A DNA stretch of 64,000 bases. It comes from an uncultured Bacteriovoracaceae bacterium (GTDB taxonomy: Bacteria; Bdellovibrionota; UBA2394). A model generated the notes under the pieces. The model saw only the letters and a program-made list of their open reading frames with translations. It searched no databases and was not told the origin of the DNA. The translations under genes and the position numbers were made by a program. Below are positions 59,101-64,000 of this stretch, piece after piece (the stretch's first letter is position 1; each line of letters opens with the position of its first letter). The stretch covers positions 24,932-88,931 of the forward strand of contig CAZVFP010000001.1 in assembly GCA_964626465.1 (NCBI GenBank), in the 5' to 3' direction.

Positions 59101-59763
59101 ATGAAGAAAGAAAAAGCGTATCTCGCATGGGGTGGAGGCATTTCAAGTGCGGTGACACTTTATGAAATTAAAAGTCCAGAATATCGACTTACTGGGATTT
59201 TTTCTTCCGTGACTGCAGAGGATGATCTGTTGCTTGGCCATCGCATACCGCGTGCTCTTATTGAAAGTCAGGCCCTCGCGCTCGATGAAAAGATTAAGTT
59301 CATCACGGTCGCCAATCAGAAAACTCCCTTTCAGTCTCAGGAAGAAGAGACGGCGATGACCGAATGGGGTGCCGGTGTTGTCAAACGAATTGCAGTGGGA
59401 ACGAGTCATATGGGAACGAGTCACCAGGGCGCAGTGGCTGCATGTCAGAGTGGTGAAATGAGAGCGATTTTTCCTCTTTGGAACTGGCCGTCAAAGGAGG
59501 TTTCTCGTGTATTTTTGATGCTTGGTTTTCAAGCTCTTGTCATTGGAATCGATTCAAAACGTATACCAGCGAGCTTTTTGGGAAGAGTTTACGATAAATC
59601 ATTTGTTGATTCTCTTCCTGCAGGCGTCGATCCCATCGGAGATAATGGAGAATTTCAGACCTTCGTTGCGAATGGTCCATTTTTCCAATCAAAAGTGGAT
59701 TTTAAGAAGATGAACCGAGTTCAGGATGGAGACTGGGCTTATATCCCTTTGCTTCCATCCTAA
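59101..59763 (+). CDS. Dph6/MJ0570-related ATP pyrophosphatase-family protein.
   Basis: C-terminal GDNGEFQTFVANGPFF matches the GENGEFHTFV.DGP family motif. The N-terminal PP-loop is degenerate (WGGGISS in place of SGGKDS). Confidence 0.65.
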   Translation: MKKEKAYLAWGGGISSAVTLYEIKSPEYRLTGIFSSVTAEDDLLLGHRIPRALIESQALALDEKIKFITVANQKTPFQSQEEETAMTEWGAGVVKRIAVGTSHMGTSHQGAVAACQSGEMRAIFPLWNWPSKEVSRVFLMLGFQALVIGIDSKRIPASFLGRVYDKSFVDSLPAGVDPIGDNGEFQTFVANGPFFQSKVDFKKMNRVQDGDWAYIPLLPS

Positions 59764-59766
59764 GTT

Positions 59767-60342
59767 TTGATAGAAATTGAAACCATGAAAAATTTTCATA
59801 AAGTTGCTTTAGTTTCGATTTTTTCGATAATTGCGGTCGTTTTTCGACTGATTCCGCATCCTGAGAATATGACACCGTTGGTGGCATTAGCCTTGTTGAG
59901 TGGCCTTATTTTTGGTTCATCGTCAGTCATAGCCATTCTTTTTCCTGTGATCGTGATGTTGATGAGCGATTTCGTTTTAGGTTTTCATCCGGTGAGTATT
60001 TTCGTTTACGGTGCAATAGCCCTCACTCCCCTGTTCGCGAAATGGGTTCGCGAGAAAAATTTCTTCTCACTGGGATGCGCGAGTATTGGCTCTTCTCTGT
60101 CTTTCTTTGTGATTACAAATTTCGGGCATTGGATGCTGACAGAGATGTATCAAAAGACATGGGCTGGATTGATAGAGTGTTATGTCGCAGCCGTTCCTTT
60201 TTTGTTTAAGTCAGCCGCAGGTGATTTAATGTTTGTTTCTGGATTTGTCGGGATTCTCTGGATTCTGAGAGCAAGTACTTCGGTTAGCTGCTCTGGTGTT
60301 TCCGAAGGTCAAAAGCCTTTGGATACATATCGCTCAGTTTGA
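59767..60342 (+). CDS. Small polytopic membrane protein (ECF-S-component-like/DUF), hypothetical.
   Basis: Five to six TM helices. Convergent overlap with the cdd 3' end. Confidence 0.5.
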   Translation: MIEIETMKNFHKVALVSIFSIIAVVFRLIPHPENMTPLVALALLSGLIFGSSSVIAILFPVIVMLMSDFVLGFHPVSIFVYGAIALTPLFAKWVREKNFFSLGCASIGSSLSFFVITNFGHWMLTEMYQKTWAGLIECYVAAVPFLFKSAAGDLMFVSGFVGILWILRASTSVSCSGVSEGQKPLDTYRSV

Positions 60343-60694
60343 GAACATTAAAAATTTTCTTTTGATTGCCTACAATTACCTTCAGATCTGGTGAGCAAAA
60401 CTCAGTAAGTGTTTGGAGACAAATACCACACGGGTAAATAGCTGTCTTAGTGGGCGCAATAATACAGATGGCTTCAAATTTTCGTACGCCAGCTGAAACG
60501 GCGGAACAGATCGCCGAGCGTTCCGCACAAATCGATGCCCCATTCACACCATTTTCAACATTGACCCCAACAAATGTCTTGCCTCCTTTGGCGACCAAAA
60601 GGGCGCCTACTGGGAAATCAGAGTAAGGAGCGTAAGCGTTTTTGTAGCTAAAGCGAGCTTTTAGCCAGATTTTCTTGTCCGCCAATGTGATCAT
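60284..60694 (-). CDS. cdd: Cytidine deaminase.
   Basis: CAERSAI and PCGICLQTLTEF zinc-binding motifs. Confidence 0.9.
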   Translation of the reverse strand: MITLADKKIWLKARFSYKNAYAPYSDFPVGALLVAKGGKTFVGVNVENGVNGASICAERSAICSAVSAGVRKFEAICIIAPTKTAIYPCGICLQTLTEFCSPDLKVIVGNQKKIFNVLKLSDMYPKAFDLRKHQSS

Positions 60695-62121
60695 ACGAGA
60701 ATCTCCTTCAGGGCCCAGGATGAGCCATCCGGCCCGTCCATTAACTGAATATTTTGTTTTTCCAAATTAATTCGAATGGCATCCGCGGCATCAAATTGTT
60801 TCTGTGCTCTCAAACGTTCTCTCTCTTTTAGTTGAGATTCAATTTGATCACAAAATTCTCGGCTTAAGTTCCAGCGCTGTCTCTTTTTCATCTTGATCGC
60901 CTCAATGCCGTCACGACCGCTGTGTTCGAGAATGCCAAAGACTGAATGAAGGAACGAGATCGATGCGCCCCACTCTTTCCATGCTTGTGAATCTCCTGAT
61001 CTAAAAGCTTGTCTTGCAGCGGCAAGACAATGGCCCATTGCCTTAGCAGAATTAAAATCGTCAAAAATCGCATCATTGATTTGTTCAATCAATCGGGATG
61101 ATTGAATGTCAAACGTTCCAAGTTCCTCGACCTTCGATTTGCAGAGATAGAGTCTTTCGAGGAGCGCCTCAGTTCGTGCAATATTTTCTGGAGAAAAATC
61201 GAGGGGAGATCTGTAGTGATGGTTGAGCATCATCAAACGCAGAACCTCGCCTCCGTATTTTGAAACAAATTCACGAATCGTCACCAGATTTCCGAGTGAC
61301 TTCGACATTTTCGCATGCCCCATCTCTAATAGGCCATTGTGTATCCAATATCGCGCAAGTGTCGAATCGGTGAATCCCTCGCTCTGCGCAATTTCATTTT
61401 CGTGATGTGGAAAAAGCAGATCAATGCCTCCCATATGGATATCTAAACCTGTTTCAAAAAGGTCATAGATCATTGCAGAGCATTCTATATGCCATCCAGG
61501 ACGTCCTGGACCCCATGGGCTCGGCCATGCCGGCTCTCCTGGTTTAGCCGCCTTCCAGAGAACGAAGTCTGCAGAATCTTCTTTCGATGAGTCGGCTTCA
61601 ATCCGAAAACCAGCTTCCAATTCATCAAGTTTGCGACCTGAAAGGCATCCGTATCGCGGAAATTTTCTGACTCGAAAGAGGATATCCGTTCCGAATGATG
61701 TTTCTTTTGAATAGGCGAGTTCCCGCTTTTTCAAAGATTCAATAATGCGAATCATCCCTGGAATTGTCTCAGTGGCGCGAGGCTTGAAAGTGGGTTCTAA
61801 AATCGCCAGCGATCGCATATCTTCTTCAACGGCTTGTGTGTATTTCTTTGCGACTTCTTCGGCTGTTATTTTTTCGACAATAGATTTTTGGATAATTTTA
61901 TCATCAATATCGGTGTAGTTTCTTGCGTATTTGACATCGTATCCCGCGTATCTAAAAACTCTCACGATGAGATCCTGAGTCAAAAAGGCTCGCGCATTTC
62001 CGACGTGGCAGTAGTCCCATACGGTTGGCCCACATCCATAAAGTGTGACTGACGAGCCATTTTTAGGCTGAAAAGATACCTTCTTTCCGGTCATCGAATC
62101 GTGGAATTTGATTTCTTTCAC
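60691..62121 (-). CDS. cysS: Cysteinyl-tRNA synthetase.
   Basis: CHVGNARAF (the HIGH motif). KMSKSLGN. 4-bp overlap with cdd. Confidence 0.95.
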   Translation of the reverse strand: MKEIKFHDSMTGKKVSFQPKNGSSVTLYGCGPTVWDYCHVGNARAFLTQDLIVRVFRYAGYDVKYARNYTDIDDKIIQKSIVEKITAEEVAKKYTQAVEEDMRSLAILEPTFKPRATETIPGMIRIIESLKKRELAYSKETSFGTDILFRVRKFPRYGCLSGRKLDELEAGFRIEADSSKEDSADFVLWKAAKPGEPAWPSPWGPGRPGWHIECSAMIYDLFETGLDIHMGGIDLLFPHHENEIAQSEGFTDSTLARYWIHNGLLEMGHAKMSKSLGNLVTIREFVSKYGGEVLRLMMLNHHYRSPLDFSPENIARTEALLERLYLCKSKVEELGTFDIQSSRLIEQINDAIFDDFNSAKAMGHCLAAARQAFRSGDSQAWKEWGASISFLHSVFGILEHSGRDGIEAIKMKKRQRWNLSREFCDQIESQLKERERLRAQKQFDAADAIRINLEKQNIQLMDGPDGSSWALKEILV

Positions 62122-62146
62122 AATGCAAACTCTAAGCTAAACAGGC

Positions 62147-62959
62147 TTACATGTGAATCATTTGAATGCGTCGATTATCGCTGTCACAGACCCACAGGGA
62201 ATTCAGATTCATTCGCACGTCATAGGGCTTGAGAAAATCAGACCAGCTTTGGATTTTCTCAAAAGTTTTTGAGTTGAAGAGAGTGACAGTACTGTTTCCA
62301 ACATCGGAAATGACAAATAAATCGTTGCCACCATCGATGGCCACAGGAAGTTCAAAGCCTGTTTCGATATGGTCAATCTGAGATCTGTCGTTAGAAAATT
62401 TCTGTAGACGCGAATTCCATGTATCGACAACAATGAGCCCGCCATCCGGAAGGAAAAGAACGTCGTGAACTCGATCAAATTCGCCGGGGAGTTTTCCGCC
62501 CGCTGGAATACCCTCAGAATTTTTTCCCATAAATCCCAAGAAACTACCCTGCTCTGAAAAAATTTGAATACTGTTCGATCCATAATCACAAACATAATGG
62601 TGATTGTTGGCATCAATGCGTAGTGTCGCCGGCCCGGTCAAAAGCCAATGTGGCTTGATTGTTTCATGATCCAAAAATACAGAATGGAATTTTAGATCCG
62701 CAGTGAATTTTAATATTTTTTTTCCTAGATAGTCTGTGACAAAGATCCAGTGATGGTCGTTCGAATACGTGACACAGTGTGGACCAAGAACAGAGCCATT
62801 GCGGCCGTTTTGCGTGATGCTGACTTTCTCTTCCGATTGAAGATCGAGCAGCACTAACTCGCGCGCCAAATAATCGGCGACGAGCAGCTTTCCAGAATCT
62901 AATATAAGACTAGAGAAGGGCCGCTGGAATCCAAGAAAAGATTTTGGGACCACGATCAT
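62147..62959 (-). CDS. NHL-repeat beta-propeller protein.
   Basis: Repeated ~45-aa units with LxVxDxxNxRIQxF-like signatures (FVTDYLGKKILKF, YVCDYGSNSIQIF, VVDTWNSRLQKF, WVCDSDNRRIQMI). Confidence 0.7.
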   Translation of the reverse strand: MIVVPKSFLGFQRPFSSLILDSGKLLVADYLARELVLLDLQSEEKVSITQNGRNGSVLGPHCVTYSNDHHWIFVTDYLGKKILKFTADLKFHSVFLDHETIKPHWLLTGPATLRIDANNHHYVCDYGSNSIQIFSEQGSFLGFMGKNSEGIPAGGKLPGEFDRVHDVLFLPDGGLIVVDTWNSRLQKFSNDRSQIDHIETGFELPVAIDGGNDLFVISDVGNSTVTLFNSKTFEKIQSWSDFLKPYDVRMNLNSLWVCDSDNRRIQMIHM

Positions 62960-63065
62960 TAGTTTTGATGCTCAGCCGCATTATGTCAACTCATTAGATC
63001 TCTCGCATCGACCAAGCAAGATTTCTTCTTTTTAAAGACACCTGCCCACAATAGAATGCGAGCCA

Positions 63066-64000
63066 TGAATAAAAATACACCTAAAGGAATCCTTCTTATT
63101 CAGCTTGGAACTCCGGATTCTCCTAGTACCGCAGACTGCCGAAGATATTTGCACGAATTTTTGATGGATCCGAGGGTGATTGATATTCCCTGGATCCTCA
63201 GAGTGTTTCTGGTATACGGCATCATTGGAATTTTTCGATCTCCGAAAACAGCTGCTGCTTACAAGACGATCTGGACAAAAAATGGGAGCCCTCTTCGATT
63301 TTATACCGAGAGCTTGAAGGACAAATTACAGAATACTCTGGGAAATTCCTATTTTGTCGCGCTCGGAATGCGCTATGGAAATCCATCGATCTCGGCTGCA
63401 TTGGAACAGATGAAGAAACATCAGATCTCTGAGATATTGATGATTCCACTTTATCCACAATATGCTTCGGCGAGTTACGGTTCGTCTGTTGAAAAGGTCT
63501 TCAACCTATTGAGAAATGAAACAAATATTCCTGCAATTTCTTTGATGCCACCGTTTTATGGCGAGAATTTCTTCATCGATTCTCAAGCGGCCATTGCTCA
63601 ACAATTCGATTTAAAAAAGTACGATCATTTTTTAATGAGTTTTCACGGCTTGCCTGAGCGGCAAATATTGCGATCAGCTGATGGCAAAGAATGCCTGACA
63701 ACTCACTGCTGTCATAGCGACCGGGTCCATCCCTATTGCTATCGTGCCCAATGCTACAAAACTGCAGAGCTATTAAGCAAAAAGTTGGCTCTACAGAAAT
63801 CAGATGTGACAGTTTGTTTTCAATCTAGACTTGGAAGAACTCCTTGGATTCAACCCTTTACTGACCAGGTCATTGTCGACCTAGCAAATGCTGGGAAAAA
63901 AAATATTTTAGTTTTTTGTCCGTCATTTACTGCCGACTGCCTTGAAACACTCGAAGAAATCACCATACGAGGACAAGAACTGTTTCGACAGGCCGGAGGT
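63066..64000 (+). CDS. hemH: Ferrochelatase, 3' partial at window end.
   Basis: GILLIQLGTPDSP, MRYGNPSI, FHGLPER. Confidence 0.9.

Noticed and set aside
1-64000. CRISPR arrays, rRNA or tRNA genes, integrases or transposases.
   Set aside because: No regularly spaced direct repeats, no tRNA-like GGTTCGAATCC-type arms in intergenic regions, and no recombinase motifs were seen. An Infernal/tRNAscan run would be needed for certainty.

Overview
This 64 kb window is a gene-dense bacterial chromosomal segment with about 56 protein-coding genes, moderate GC, and no rRNA, tRNA, CRISPR array, transposase or integrase that I could recognise.

Housekeeping genes are scattered through it:
- cysS-cdd pair, partial hemH, mgsA, a YgiQ radical-SAM protein and a YihY membrane protein
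- a NitT/TauT-type ABC importer, an APC amino-acid permease, M14 and M48 peptidases
- a DUF4442 thioesterase coupled to an NMO-family oxidoreductase

The rest is dominated by signal-peptide proteins of unknown function, many Cys-rich or low-complexity, mostly in co-directional and often translationally coupled (ATGA-overlapped) arrays. This secretome-heavy, PilZ- and pilin-containing make-up loosely resembles Bdellovibrio-like predatory bacteria, but the taxonomic call is a low-confidence inference.

The loci that look most system-like are:
1. A two-gene minus-strand operon (54.4-58.9 kb) encoding an ~896-aa Cys-rich protein with a canonical type IV prepilin leader (MRRISYFKNRG|FSVPELMI) and an ATGA-coupled ~594-aa membrane-anchored Cys-rich partner, with a perfect 9-2-9 palindrome upstream.
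2. A signal-peptide Hanks-type protein kinase whose catalytic loop is DLAPPN, resembling the DLAARN form rather than the DLKPEN form.
3. A 1009-aa secreted protein with a Gly/Asp-rich nonapeptide repeat block, coupled to a double zinc-ribbon membrane protein, at the head of a ~9 kb run of secreted proteins that includes a secreted EEP nuclease/phosphatase.
4. An envelope-modification module: outer-membrane barrel, NodB deacetylase fused to an MprF-like TM domain, and a GT4 glycosyltransferase.
5. An M1-like gluzincin with HGxxH replacing HExxH, a TPR-PilZ protein with a degenerate c-di-GMP motif, and an ABC exporter locus flanked by oxygenase-like and methyltransferase genes.

All calls rest on motif reading of the supplied ORF translations. 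No database searches were run.
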